DNA of 64,000 nt, from assembly GCA_963662405.2 (NCBI GenBank), contig CAXXKT010000002.1, positions 32,001 to 96,000 of the forward strand, in the 5' to 3' direction. The position numbers and the translations under genes are program-made. How positions within the stretch are numbered: position 1 is the first letter of the stretch; each line of letters begins with the position of its first letter. The notes under the pieces are model-generated. The model saw nothing but the letters and a program-made list of their open reading frames with translations, ran no database searches and was not told the DNA's origin. This document shows positions 47,806 through 58,300 of this stretch, piece by piece. The stretch is from Syntrophales bacterium. Its GTDB lineage: Bacteria > Desulfobacterota > Syntrophia > Syntrophales > UBA2210.

Positions 47806-49662
47806 ATGAGTAACTTATTGGTGAACACAAAGGATCAAGAATTCCTTTTGTACGAACAGTTCGGGATCGAAAAACTTTTTGGTTTTGAAAAATATGCTGA
47901 CTATTCAAAAGATGTCACCAGTATGGTCATGTCGGAGGCGGAAAAGATGGCCGTCGAGGTAATCGCCCCCACGCTGGAAGAAGGTGACAAGGTCGGCGCT
48001 CAGTTCAAGGACGGAAAGGCGTATGCACCAGAGTGCTTTCGGATACCCTATAAGCTTTTTGCCGAAGCGGGATGGAATTGCGCTACGAAGGGCCCGGAAG
48101 TAGGGGGACAGAATATGCCTTCATGTCTCTATACCGCTTGCTGGGAACTATTTGCTGCTGCCAATATGGCCTTTACCATGTATTCCACGCTCACAACCGG
48201 TGCGGCGGGACTGATAGAAAATTTCGGTACCCAGGAACAAAAGAAAAAGTATCTGGCGAAGATGTATTCCGGCCAGTGGAGCGGGACGATGTGTCTTACA
48301 GAACCGGGAGCCGGCAGCGATGTGGGCGCTCTGAGGACAACCGCAAAGAGACTGCCTGATGGCACCTTCGGTATTACGGGGACCAAGTGCTTCATCTCCT
48401 CAGGCGATCACGATTTGTCGGAAAACATCGTTCATCCGGTTCTGGCGAGGATAGAAGGTGACCCGGAGGGTACCAGAGGGATTTCCATCTTTATTGTTCC
48501 TAAATTTCGCATTAACGCCGACGGATCCATGGGTGATTTGAATGATGTTAATACGGGCAACCTGGAGCACAAAATGGGGATTAGGGCGTCGGCCACGGCG
48601 ACACTCAATTTTGGTGAAGACGACCAGTGTATTGGTGAGCTTCTCGGTAATGAGCGTGAAGGTATGATGATCATGTTCCAGATGATGAACGAAGCCCGCT
48701 TGGATGTCGGAGTTCTCGCGCAAAGCGCTTCTTCGGCCGCTTATGAACATGCCGTACAGTATGCCAAGGAAAGGGTCCAAGGCAAGTCGGCCTTGGCCGG
48801 GAAGGATGGACCGATTATTCCCATCATCAAGCATGCACCGGTGAGGCGGAATCTGATGTGGATGAAGGCATATCTCGAGGGGATCAGAGCGCTGAATTAC
48901 TTTACGGCTTTCTGTATTGATGTCTCCGAAGCTTCGGACTCGGAAGAAGAACGGGAACGGTATCATGACTATGCAGATCTCCTGACTCCTATCTGTAAGG
49001 CCTTTTCATCAGACAGGGGTGTCGAGATCTGCTCGAAGGCGATCGACGTGTATGGTGGATATGGGTACTGCCAGGAGTATCCTGTAGAGCAGTATTTGAG
49101 AGATTGTAAAATTACCCAGATTTACGAGGGTACAAACCAAATCCAGGCATTGGATCTTCTGAGCAGAAAACTTGAACAGAACAAAGGTAGAAATTTTGAG
49201 AATCTATTAAAAGATATTAGTTCCACAATCCAAAAGCTTCAAAATATTGAAGAATTGAAGACTGCCAGCGCAAAACTCAAAGAGGCCATGGAAGCTTTGG
49301 GACGCATGCCCTCGATTTTTCGAGAATACTTTGGGACTGGGAACCGAGCGGTGCCGATCCAGAATGCCGAACCCTTCTTGGGGATTATGGGAGATGTCAT
49401 GTGTGGATGGCTCTTGCTTCAGGGTGCAGAAATCGCACTGAAAAAGTTGGATACCCTGTACAAGGTATCCGGATCCGATACGGCTGAAAAACAGGAAAGC
49501 CTGACAGCCACCAATGCCGAAGTTGCCTTCTATCAAGGCAAGGTTGCATCAGCGAAGTTCTTTGCTTTTGAAATCCTTTCCACGATCAAGGTCAGATGCG
49601 ACATCATTCAAGAAGGTGAATTGATACCGGTACAAATTGCGGATCAATCCTTTGCCGTTTGA
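47806..49662 (+). CDS. Acyl-CoA dehydrogenase (long form)
   Basis: GTMCLTEPGAGSDVG, GTKCFIS, EHKMGI, MMNEAR, YGGYGY, QIYEGTNQIQ. Confidence 0.95.
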   Translation: MSNLLVNTKDQEFLLYEQFGIEKLFGFEKYADYSKDVTSMVMSEAEKMAVEVIAPTLEEGDKVGAQFKDGKAYAPECFRIPYKLFAEAGWNCATKGPEVGGQNMPSCLYTACWELFAAANMAFTMYSTLTTGAAGLIENFGTQEQKKKYLAKMYSGQWSGTMCLTEPGAGSDVGALRTTAKRLPDGTFGITGTKCFISSGDHDLSENIVHPVLARIEGDPEGTRGISIFIVPKFRINADGSMGDLNDVNTGNLEHKMGIRASATATLNFGEDDQCIGELLGNEREGMMIMFQMMNEARLDVGVLAQSASSAAYEHAVQYAKERVQGKSALAGKDGPIIPIIKHAPVRRNLMWMKAYLEGIRALNYFTAFCIDVSEASDSEEERERYHDYADLLTPICKAFSSDRGVEICSKAIDVYGGYGYCQEYPVEQYLRDCKITQIYEGTNQIQALDLLSRKLEQNKGRNFENLLKDISSTIQKLQNIEELKTASAKLKEAMEALGRMPSIFREYFGTGNRAVPIQNAEPFLGIMGDVMCGWLLLQGAEIALKKLDTLYKVSGSDTAEKQESLTATNAEVAFYQGKVASAKFFAFEILSTIKVRCDIIQEGELIPVQIADQSFAV

Positions 49663-49861
49663 TTGCATCGTATCCGGTGGGCTACGCGGTTTCTTGGTCT
49701 TCAGGTGAGAGTTCCTGCGGATAAGGGGGCTCGACAGGACGTGAAACCGTGAGCAACGGTAGCCCTGGTCTTCCGGAAGAAGATGACGGCCCTCGCGTAT
49801 TGGAGAAATAGTAATTTTATAGAATTGTTAATAGAATAGCACTCAGTTAAGGAGATTAGCC

Positions 49862-51118
49862 ATGAAAGAAGTAGTTATTGCCTCGGCATGTCGAACAGCA
49901 GTAGGGTCATTCGGCGGATCCTTGAGAGATGTCATTGCTCCCCAGATCGCCAGTGCTTCGATGAGAGAAGCCATCAAGCGAGCAGGGATTTCTGGTGATA
50001 TGATAGATGATGTCCGCTTTGGCTGCTGTTATGATCCCATAGATTCACTAAATGTGGCGCGTGTAAGCGCATTGCTGGCCGGGGTCCCGGATACGGTTCC
50101 GGCCGTGACAATCAACAGGGTCTGCATCTCAGGGATGGAAGCGGTCATCAGCGGGGCGGCCATGATAAAGGCTGGCGATGCCGACATTATCCTTGCAGGC
50201 GGTGTGGAACATATGTCAGGTGTTCCTTTCTTATTGCAGGGCGCCCGATGGGGAGGGCTTCGGTTCCAAGACAAATCTCTCGATGATGCTTTGGTACATG
50301 GCCTCTACAATGGTTCACGGATTCTTCCACACCCGGAGGAGGGTCCGGTAAAAAGCGGGATGCCTCTCGATCTTTACAGGGGTAAACCCTACTTGATGGG
50401 GCATACGGCGGAATTTATTGCTCAGCTTCACAATATCAGTCGTGAGGAGATGGATGTCCTTGCCCTCCGGAGCCATAACAATACTGAACGTGCGACGAAA
50501 GAAGGCGATTTCAAGGAAGAGATCGTGCCGGTTGAGGTTCCTCAAAAGAAAGGGAAACCTCCGGTTATTTTTGATAAGGATGAACACTTTAGACCTGGGA
50601 TTACCTTGGATGACCTTCGGAAGCTGCCGCCTGCATTTGTTCCCGAGATCGGTAAAGTGACTGCCGCAAATTCATCAGGCATCAACGACGGATCGTCCGC
50701 CATGGTCATCATGTCGGCGGACAAAGCAAAGGAATTGGGCATTACACCTCTTGCAAAGATCAAGGCAACCGGGTACGGCGCATGCCATCCTTCGGTAATG
50801 GGTCTGAGCCCTGTACCATCTGTGCGAAATCTGTTTAAGAAGTTTCCACAATATAATATCGACTCCTTCGATTTGATCGAGCTTAATGAAGCCTTCGCGG
50901 CCCAGTATCTGGGGTGCGAAAAGGAACTTGGCATAAATCGTGACATTACGAATGTCAACGGCTCAGGCATCGGTATGGGGCATCCGGTTGGATCTTCGGG
51001 GTGTCGGGTTATGGTAACACTTATCTATGCCATGAAGAAACGCGGGAAATCCCTTGGATTGGCAACGCTTTGCGGTGGTGGCGGAATTTCAATGGCTACC
51101 GTCCTAGAAATGGTCTAG
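49862..51118 (+). CDS. Acetyl-CoA C-acyltransferase (thiolase)
   Basis: INRVCISG, NSSGINDG, ELNEAFA, GHPVG, LCGGGG. Confidence 0.95.
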   Translation: MKEVVIASACRTAVGSFGGSLRDVIAPQIASASMREAIKRAGISGDMIDDVRFGCCYDPIDSLNVARVSALLAGVPDTVPAVTINRVCISGMEAVISGAAMIKAGDADIILAGGVEHMSGVPFLLQGARWGGLRFQDKSLDDALVHGLYNGSRILPHPEEGPVKSGMPLDLYRGKPYLMGHTAEFIAQLHNISREEMDVLALRSHNNTERATKEGDFKEEIVPVEVPQKKGKPPVIFDKDEHFRPGITLDDLRKLPPAFVPEIGKVTAANSSGINDGSSAMVIMSADKAKELGITPLAKIKATGYGACHPSVMGLSPVPSVRNLFKKFPQYNIDSFDLIELNEAFAAQYLGCEKELGINRDITNVNGSGIGMGHPVGSSGCRVMVTLIYAMKKRGKSLGLATLCGGGGISMATVLEMV

Positions 51119-51173
51119 ATCAGAAGGGCCACGCCGGCTAGCGCGTGGCACCTCATAATAAACAGAAAGGAAT

Positions 51174-52040
51174 GTGAACGGTATGGTCCTGAAAAAAATA
51201 GGAGTTGTTGGTGCAGGTATGATGGGTGCAGAGATCTCTCTTTGCTTTGCCAATGGGGGATACGATGTGGTGATGGCTGATGCCACCACGGATTTGGCAT
51301 TGAGCGGTAAAACCCGTCAGGAAAAGATTCTCGATAAAAGCATTCAAAAGGGGAAGATAACCGCTTCTCAGAAAGAAGAGATATTAGACCGAATCGTTGC
51401 AACGGATCAGCTTAAAACCATGGCTGACGCCGATCTCGTCATCGAGGCGGTGGTGGAGAATTTTGAAACCAAGAAGAAGATTTTTGAGACGCTTGATGCC
51501 GTGTGTAAGAAAGGTTGTCTCATAGCAAGCAATACATCGAGCATCCCCATCACTAAACTGGCGACGACGGTCAGTAGAGAGCGGGCCAAGAATTTTCTTG
51601 GGATCCACTTTTTTTCTCCGGCCTTTATCATGAGGCTGGTCGAGATTATTCCCGGCTACCTTTGTCAAGAGGAAGCCGTCAAATGTGCGAAAGAGGCGGT
51701 CCAATCCATCAATAAGACGCCGATTGAAGTCAAAGATGTTGCCGGTTTTGCCGTCAATAGATTATTGAACCTTTTCTTCATTGAAGCGATAAAGCTTTTG
51801 GAGGAAGGGGTGGCAACGGTGGAAGACATTGATACGGCATGCAAGTTGGGTTTGGGCCACCCGGTTGGGCCCTTCGCGTTGATGGATCTGACAGGACTTG
51901 ATCTGAATATCATGGTACATGAAGTTCTCTTCAATGAATACGGTGAGAGATATAGACCTCGTCCACTACTTAAAAAAATGGTTACCTCCGGCTTGTACGG
52001 CAGAAAGTCGGGAGAGGGTTTTTATAAATACGACAAGTAA
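51174..52040 (+). CDS. hbd: 3-hydroxyacyl(butyryl)-CoA dehydrogenase, copy 2
   Basis: Same motifs as copy 1, with long stretches of identical residues. Confidence 0.9.
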   Translation: MNGMVLKKIGVVGAGMMGAEISLCFANGGYDVVMADATTDLALSGKTRQEKILDKSIQKGKITASQKEEILDRIVATDQLKTMADADLVIEAVVENFETKKKIFETLDAVCKKGCLIASNTSSIPITKLATTVSRERAKNFLGIHFFSPAFIMRLVEIIPGYLCQEEAVKCAKEAVQSINKTPIEVKDVAGFAVNRLLNLFFIEAIKLLEEGVATVEDIDTACKLGLGHPVGPFALMDLTGLDLNIMVHEVLFNEYGERYRPRPLLKKMVTSGLYGRKSGEGFYKYDK

Positions 52041-52087
52041 GAAAAATGCGGTCGTAAACAGACGGTAAGCGCAACCCATAAACAGAT

Positions 52088-52193
52088 AAACCCGACGGTG
52101 GTATAACGCAGGGATAGTGTGTATCTACCCCCCCCACTCAGTGGCTACTGCTCCTGCTGCAGTGGAATCGGTCCACGTACCACCGTCGGGTTT
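52088..52193. repeat. 106-bp element bounded by a perfect 16-bp inverted repeat
   Basis: AAACCCGACGGTGGTA (52088-52103) / TACCACCGTCGGGTTT (52178-52193). Confidence 0.8.
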
Positions 52194-52250
52194 CAATTTG
52201 TGATCATCATTCCACAGGGGGGAGTACGAGATACTTAACTCCTTGAGGAA

Positions 52251-52758
52251 ACGGAAGGAAGTCGGGAGAGGGCTTCCACAACTATAACAAGTTGGAAAAA
52301 CGCTTTCGATCGTACTTGGTCTTCTGGAATATAACCGGATGAAATTAATCAGATTTACCTGCAGGGGAGGGCACGACTCTCTCCTGCAGGGGGTAACCCT
52401 TTGAAAAGGCGAGCGTACCACCCCCTCATTCTCTGCAAGTTTTGTTTTCCCACGGAAAGACTCGATTCATTATACAAATTCAATCGAAATATCGGGGAAC
52501 TCTTTTTCAAATTCACGCTTCAGATCTCTCATGAGTGATGACGTGATCGCCAGTGCGATCGCACGGCAGGTGAAGCAACCCGGGAAGTGATCCGTAAAAT
52601 CGGTAAAAAGATACATTTCCCGTTTCATCTCATTGTACCGGACCCGTGTTACGACTCCCAACCTGTCCAGCGAAAGCCCGCTTTCCGGGTCTTTGATCCG
52701 TGCGAGGATCGCATCGATCTTCCGTATCATTTCCGGATTCATCATATGACCCTATACC
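52251..52758 (+). repeat. Direct repeat copy 2 (hbd 3' remnant, hairpin, DUF59-like gene)
   Basis: Matches 36864-38647 minus the IS; the hbd stop TAG has become TTG. Confidence 0.95.
52470..52745 (-). CDS. DUF59/iron-sulfur cluster assembly-like small protein, intact copy
   Basis: LARIKDPESGLSLDRLGVV (DPE motif), PGCFTC. Confidence 0.7.
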   Translation of the reverse strand: MMNPEMIRKIDAILARIKDPESGLSLDRLGVVTRVRYNEMKREMYLFTDFTDHFPGCFTCRAIALAITSSLMRDLKREFEKEFPDISIEFV

Positions 52759-52843
52759 TCCCTGCATATAATTAAGTAATCCATTGACAAAATGGCAATG
52801 TGACAAGTAAAGAATATGAGCAGATACAGGGTGGAGGATTGTT

Positions 52844-53509
52844 ATGGAACTCAAGGAAGCCATCAGAAATCGTCGTAGTATCAGATCGTTTTTGGACAAA
52901 CCTGTCGATAGGGAAATCATTGAGGCGTTGATTTCAGATGCTCGGTGGTCTCCCTCATGGGGAAACACACAGCCTTGGGAGGTTACCGTGGTGACGGGTG
53001 ATATTCTCGAGACATTCAAAGAAGAGAACCGTAAGGCAGTTATGGGCGGCGATCAGGCCAATGCCGATATCCCCATGCCCATTGAATGGCCGGCAATCAA
53101 TAAAAATAGATATCGCGACGTAGGGAGGCACATCCTGACGGCGCTCTCAATACGACGTGAGGATACCGCGGCACGAATGAATTACTACCATACTATGTTT
53201 GGAATCTTCGACGCTCCCGCACTCATCCTCATAACCGTTGATAAGGCGCTTTCACTGGAATACGTTATGCTCGACGTAGGTCTCTTCGCTCAAACCTTCT
53301 GCCTTCTTTCCCATGAGAGGGGCCTCGGGACCTGCATTTTGGCTTCATGCGTGAGCTATCCCGATAAAATTCACGCGCACTGCGCCATACCCGATACCAA
53401 ACGTATCGTTATTGGGATGGCTCTTGGTTGGCCGAATATGAAGAACCCGGTCAATACCTTTGCGAGGACGAGGGGGGAGTTGGATGAATTTCTCCGCTGG
53501 GTGGGATGA
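52844..53509 (+). CDS. Nitroreductase-family flavoprotein
   Basis: AIRNRRSIRSF, SPSWGNTQPW, GLGTC, ALGWP. Confidence 0.93.
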   Translation: MELKEAIRNRRSIRSFLDKPVDREIIEALISDARWSPSWGNTQPWEVTVVTGDILETFKEENRKAVMGGDQANADIPMPIEWPAINKNRYRDVGRHILTALSIRREDTAARMNYYHTMFGIFDAPALILITVDKALSLEYVMLDVGLFAQTFCLLSHERGLGTCILASCVSYPDKIHAHCAIPDTKRIVIGMALGWPNMKNPVNTFARTRGELDEFLRWVG

Positions 53510-53606
53510 GCGGATGATGGCATCATGATGTTCATTGCCACCCGTTAACGTCCGATAAGATATGTTATGTAAACTTAGCCGGTGAAATTCTCAGGTCCGC
53601 CTTGAG

Positions 53607-54560
53607 TCATTCCAGAATATCCCTTAAAAGAGAAAGGCTCATATCAAAGGCATGTCTCCCCTCGCGAATCGTCTCATCGGCCCGGTTATATTCCAGAAGA
53701 CCAATGTGAGCAAGACGAGGAGAGATTAACAAATCAGGAGGATCACCGGCAAGCCTCTGTCGTGTAATCCGGTCCTGCATGATGTTTGTCGCCGTCGTCA
53801 TTACCTCAAAGAGTGACGGATCGCGATCCGCACTCCCCAGTCCCAACCATGCCGGAATCAGTGCTTTCCCACGCCTGACCGTATTGTCCAGATAGAGAGA
53901 AAGCTGCTCATGCAATCTCCCCGATGTGTGTTTTTCTTTTGGGGGTGGCCCATCTTTCGGTTGCGGCTTTTGTATCCGTCGTTTCCCTATGAGGTCGGCG
54001 TTGAGATTGACTGCTATCACGATATCCGCACCCATCGCTCGGCACACTGATACAGGGACAGGATTCACAATACCGCCGTCAACCAGCCATTGATCACCTT
54101 TTTTAAAAGGTACGAAGATGCCCGGCAATGATATGCTTGCGCGGACGGCGTCCATCACCGACCCCTCTCGGATCCATATTTCTTGGCCCGACATGAGGTC
54201 GGTAGCTACTGCCGCAAAAGGGATGTGGAGATCTTCTATGTTGGGGTCAGAAAAATTCTTTCTGAAGAATCGTATTATCTTATCTCCCTCGATGAGACCC
54301 GACCGAGGAAACATGACATCCATAAATCCGATAATATCGGACCACGAGAGTTCCCGGACCCACTCATCCAGTTGATCAAGTGCCCCGGCGGCCAAGGCGC
54401 CGCCTACAATGGCCCCGATCGATGTCCCGCACACCATATCGATTCGAATCCCTGCCTCCTGGAGACCCTGTATGACCCCGATATGAGACCATCCCCGTGC
54501 GGAACCACTGCCTAATGCCAAGCCGATTTTTCGTGGCTTTGTCGTTATTGTCCCTCCCAT
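53607..54560 (-). CDS. Patatin-like phospholipase (RssA-like)
   Basis: LALGSGSARG, GTSIG, LVDGG. Confidence 0.93.
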   Translation of the reverse strand: MGGTITTKPRKIGLALGSGSARGWSHIGVIQGLQEAGIRIDMVCGTSIGAIVGGALAAGALDQLDEWVRELSWSDIIGFMDVMFPRSGLIEGDKIIRFFRKNFSDPNIEDLHIPFAAVATDLMSGQEIWIREGSVMDAVRASISLPGIFVPFKKGDQWLVDGGIVNPVPVSVCRAMGADIVIAVNLNADLIGKRRIQKPQPKDGPPPKEKHTSGRLHEQLSLYLDNTVRRGKALIPAWLGLGSADRDPSLFEVMTTATNIMQDRITRQRLAGDPPDLLISPRLAHIGLLEYNRADETIREGRHAFDMSLSLLRDILE

Positions 54561-54569
54561 AACTCTCTC

Positions 54570-55295
54570 CTATACCAGTTCCATATCGCCCTGCATACCG
54601 AGTTTATCCCCCATAATAATCAGGACGCTTTGCACTCCTTCTATACCCATTCCATAATCAAGTGCTCTTGTTATATCCCCTTCCCCCTTTAATCGGTTTC
54701 CGATCGACGTTGCCGCGGCATCGGCCAGGGTTGAAGACTCGGAGCTTACGCACACCGCATCCGCCCTCCCGAAACTTGTCGAGTGCCCGATTGTTCCCGA
54801 GGAAGTGCAGATGCCCAAGGTATTTCCACCTGTCTTCATCTTCAGGGAAACCTTATAACTGAGGGGGGAATCGCCTGCAAAGATCCCAACGGTAATGTCC
54901 CTCCCATCCTTGAATCTCATGAATATGTCCCCGCCGTTTTCGATGATAATATTTCCTGAATATTCCAAAAGATCGAGGCCAACGTACCGCGCGATCGCCC
55001 CGGCAACGGAGGCCATCGGACCGACCCCGCAGCGGGCTCCCGCCTCGATCATCTCCCGCACGATTGCAGGCGCAAAGGGGTCTTGTACCACCGGAGTCAT
55101 AGAATCTGAAAAGTTCGGATGCTGAATGATATATTCCTCAATGAACCCCCTGTATTTGTGCACCGATTTGAGAGCCGCACTGGTACAATCGGTCTCTGCG
55201 CATATATAGAGATCCGTCTCTTTTACCGTCGTCTGAAATGAGACAAGCGAACCCGTGGAGATTCGGTCTCTATACGTTCGCTTACGATATTTCAT
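54570..55295 (-). CDS. UPF0280 (ApbE-like) protein
   Basis: VGPMASVAGAIA, ENGGDI, CTSSGTIGHSTSFGRADA. Confidence 0.88.
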   Translation of the reverse strand: MKYRKRTYRDRISTGSLVSFQTTVKETDLYICAETDCTSAALKSVHKYRGFIEEYIIQHPNFSDSMTPVVQDPFAPAIVREMIEAGARCGVGPMASVAGAIARYVGLDLLEYSGNIIIENGGDIFMRFKDGRDITVGIFAGDSPLSYKVSLKMKTGGNTLGICTSSGTIGHSTSFGRADAVCVSSESSTLADAAATSIGNRLKGEGDITRALDYGMGIEGVQSVLIIMGDKLGMQGDMELV

Positions 55296-55359
55296 TGAAG
55301 TATACGGTTATGGTTGGAAAGTGGTAGTTCATGAACGTCGGGACCCGGATCTGTTCTTG

Positions 55360-58300
55360 TCACATAAAACAGGTCGCACCCGGCCCTAAGAGTTTATCCC
55401 CCTCTCTTCTGATGTCTTCCGAAATCTCAGCCCTTGTTGCGTCGCCGAGCGAGAGGATAGTCTCAGCATTACTCTTTGAAACTAAGTGTATATATACCGG
55501 ATAATTACCTCTCCTTCTTTCAATGACATCATTAAGGTCTTCAATGGTTCCACCCGTCGATTTGTCCGCGTCAAGCATAAAGTGAACGGAAGAAAAGGGT
55601 GTCTTCAATGCATCTTCAACGGTGTTGATTTCAGACGCTACAATCTTGGCTCCTTCTTCTCCGATATCAAGTCGCCCCTTGATGTGGAGGGGAGCCTCGC
55701 TGTGAATGAGAGACATGTGGTCCCGGTAGAGTTCAGCGAACACAAGAATTGTCATGAATCCTTTGAGATCCTCGATAGTTACATATGCCATCTTGTCTTT
55801 TTTCTTTGTGGTCACTTCGCGCACGTTACTCACGACACCGGCCACCGAAACGGTGGTCCCATCCCTTTTTGACATCAATGTCTGGGAATTACCGTCCACG
55901 ATCGTCTCGATCCTATCGGCAAATTGCAAGAGCGGGTGACCGGTAATATAAAAACCGAGCATGTCCTTCTCATAGGAAAGCAGAATATCATGATCCCATT
56001 CAGGGACATCTGGAAGATCCGGCAGGGACGCATCAAGCATCTTCGGCTGATCGAAGAGATTGCCTTGGCCGTTCATGCGGTCCCGATGCATTCTTTGAGC
56101 GACGGTAGCAATATCATCATAGCCTTCCATAAGCCGGCAGCGGTTCTTCTCCAGCGAGTCGAAGGCTCCGCACTTGATCAAACTTTCTATGACCTTTTTG
56201 TTGATCTTATGGAGATCAACCCGATTGCAAAAATCTTGAAAAGATGAGAATCTTCCGCCCGATTCCCGTGAAGCTATGATGGAGTCCACGGCCCCCGCAC
56301 CGACGTTCTTCACCGCGGACAGCCCAAAGCGAATGTTTCCTCCCACGACGCTGAAGTCGGTAAATGATTCATTGATATCCGGAGGCAGGACGGGAATATC
56401 CATGTCACGACAACTGGCAATATACTTGATGATATTGTCCCGGTTGTTTTTCTCGCTGGTGAGCAGGGCCGTCATGAACTCCACCGGGTAGTGAGCCTTC
56501 AGATAGGCTGTCTGGAAAGAGATCATCGTGTAGGCGGTGCTGTGGGACTTGTTGAAACCGTAACCGGCGAAGGTCTCCATCTGTTCCCATATCTTCTTTG
56601 CGGCGGTTTCCGCTATCTTGTTCTTCTTGGCACCGGCGACAAACTTGGGGCTCTCCTTTTCCATGGCCGAAACTTTTTTCTTGCTCATCGCCCGCCGCAG
56701 GTTGTCCGCATCCGCCATGCTGTAACCACCGACCACACCGGCAATCTGCATTACCTGCTCCTGGTAAAGGATAATGCCATAGGTCTCCTTCAGGATATCC
56801 TCGAGGCGTGGATCTTCGTAGACGATCTTCTGCCGGCCCTGTTTTCGTGCAATAAAGTCGGGAACCATGCTCATCGGACCCGGACGATACAGGGAGATCA
56901 GGGCAATAATATCCTCGATACAATCAGGTTTCATGTTGACGAGAATATCCTTCATCCCGGCACTTTCAAGTTGAAAGACGCCGTCCGTCTGTCCCTTCAT
57001 GAGGAGGTCATAGGTTGTCTTGTCGTCGAGGGGGATCGTATCGATCGAAAAATCCTTCTCTCCCTTCCCCTCTCTGATGAATCGCAGGGCATCCCTGATG
57101 ACGGTCAGTGTCCGAAGGCCCAGGAAATCGAATTTCGTCAGCCCCACTTCCTGCAGGTCGTTCATCGAGTACTGGGTGACGATATCATCGCTTGTCGGGC
57201 TCTTATAGAGGGGAACCCGTTCCACCAGGGGGACATCGGATATCACCACCCCGGCGGCGTGGGTTGATGCGTGGCGATTCAGACCTTCGAGCGACTGGGA
57301 GAGGGAAAGGAGTCTCTTGACTTTCTCGTTCTTCCTCTGTTCCTCCGCCAAGCGGGGTTCATCCTTGAGTGCCTGTTTCAGGGTAATGCCAAGGGTATTG
57401 GGGATCATCTTCGCGATCGTATCTACTTCGCCGTACGGCATATTGAGGGCCCTGCCGACATCTCTGACGACCCCCTTCGCCTGCATCTTGCCGAAGGTGA
57501 TAATTTGAGACACCTGATCGCTTCCATACTTTTCAGTGACATAACGGATGATCTCGTCGCGTCCCTCCATACAAAAATCGGTATCGATGTCGGGCATACT
57601 TCTCCTGCTCGGATTCAGAAACCGTTCAAAGAAAAGTCCATAACGGATGGGGTCTATATTGGTGATGCTCAGGGCATAGGCCACAAGACTCCCGGCAGCG
57701 GATCCCCTCCCCGGCCCCACCGGGATATTCTTTTTCTTCGCATAGTTGATGAAATCGGACACAATAAGAAAATAACCTGGGAATTCCATGGAGTTGATAA
57801 TCTCAAGCTCCATCTCCAATCGCTTCTGATATTGTTTTATGATCTCCTCAACTTCTGCTTCTTTTACCCCTGCGGTTATGGTCGGTATCAATCGTTCCAA
57901 GCCTTCCCGCGCCAGCTTGGCGAGGTGGTCTTCCTGTGATAGACCCGCATCGGTTTCGTAATGGGGAAGGAAAAACTGGAGTCCCAGATCAAGACGTAAG
58001 TTGCATTTATTAGCTATTTCAATTGTATTTGTAATTGCTTCAGGGCAGTAGCTAAAGCTCTCCTTCATCTCTTCGGGGGACTTCAGATAAAACTCCTCGG
58101 AGCTGAACCGCATCCTCCTGTCGTCTTCCATGGTCGTCCCTGTCTGTATGCACAGGAGAACCTCGTGCGCCTCGGCGTCTTCGCGGTTCAGGTAGTGACA
58201 GTCATTGGTCGCGACCAGGGGGATGGAAAGCATTTTCCCCAGCTCGATAAGTCCCTCATTGGCCCTTTTCTGCTCTTCGAGGCCGTTTTCCATGATTTCG

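Noticed and set aside
47600..49790. REP-like GGGCTACGC sequences at about 47608 and 49679
   Set aside because: Too short and degenerate to define a family; no RAYT transposase in the window.
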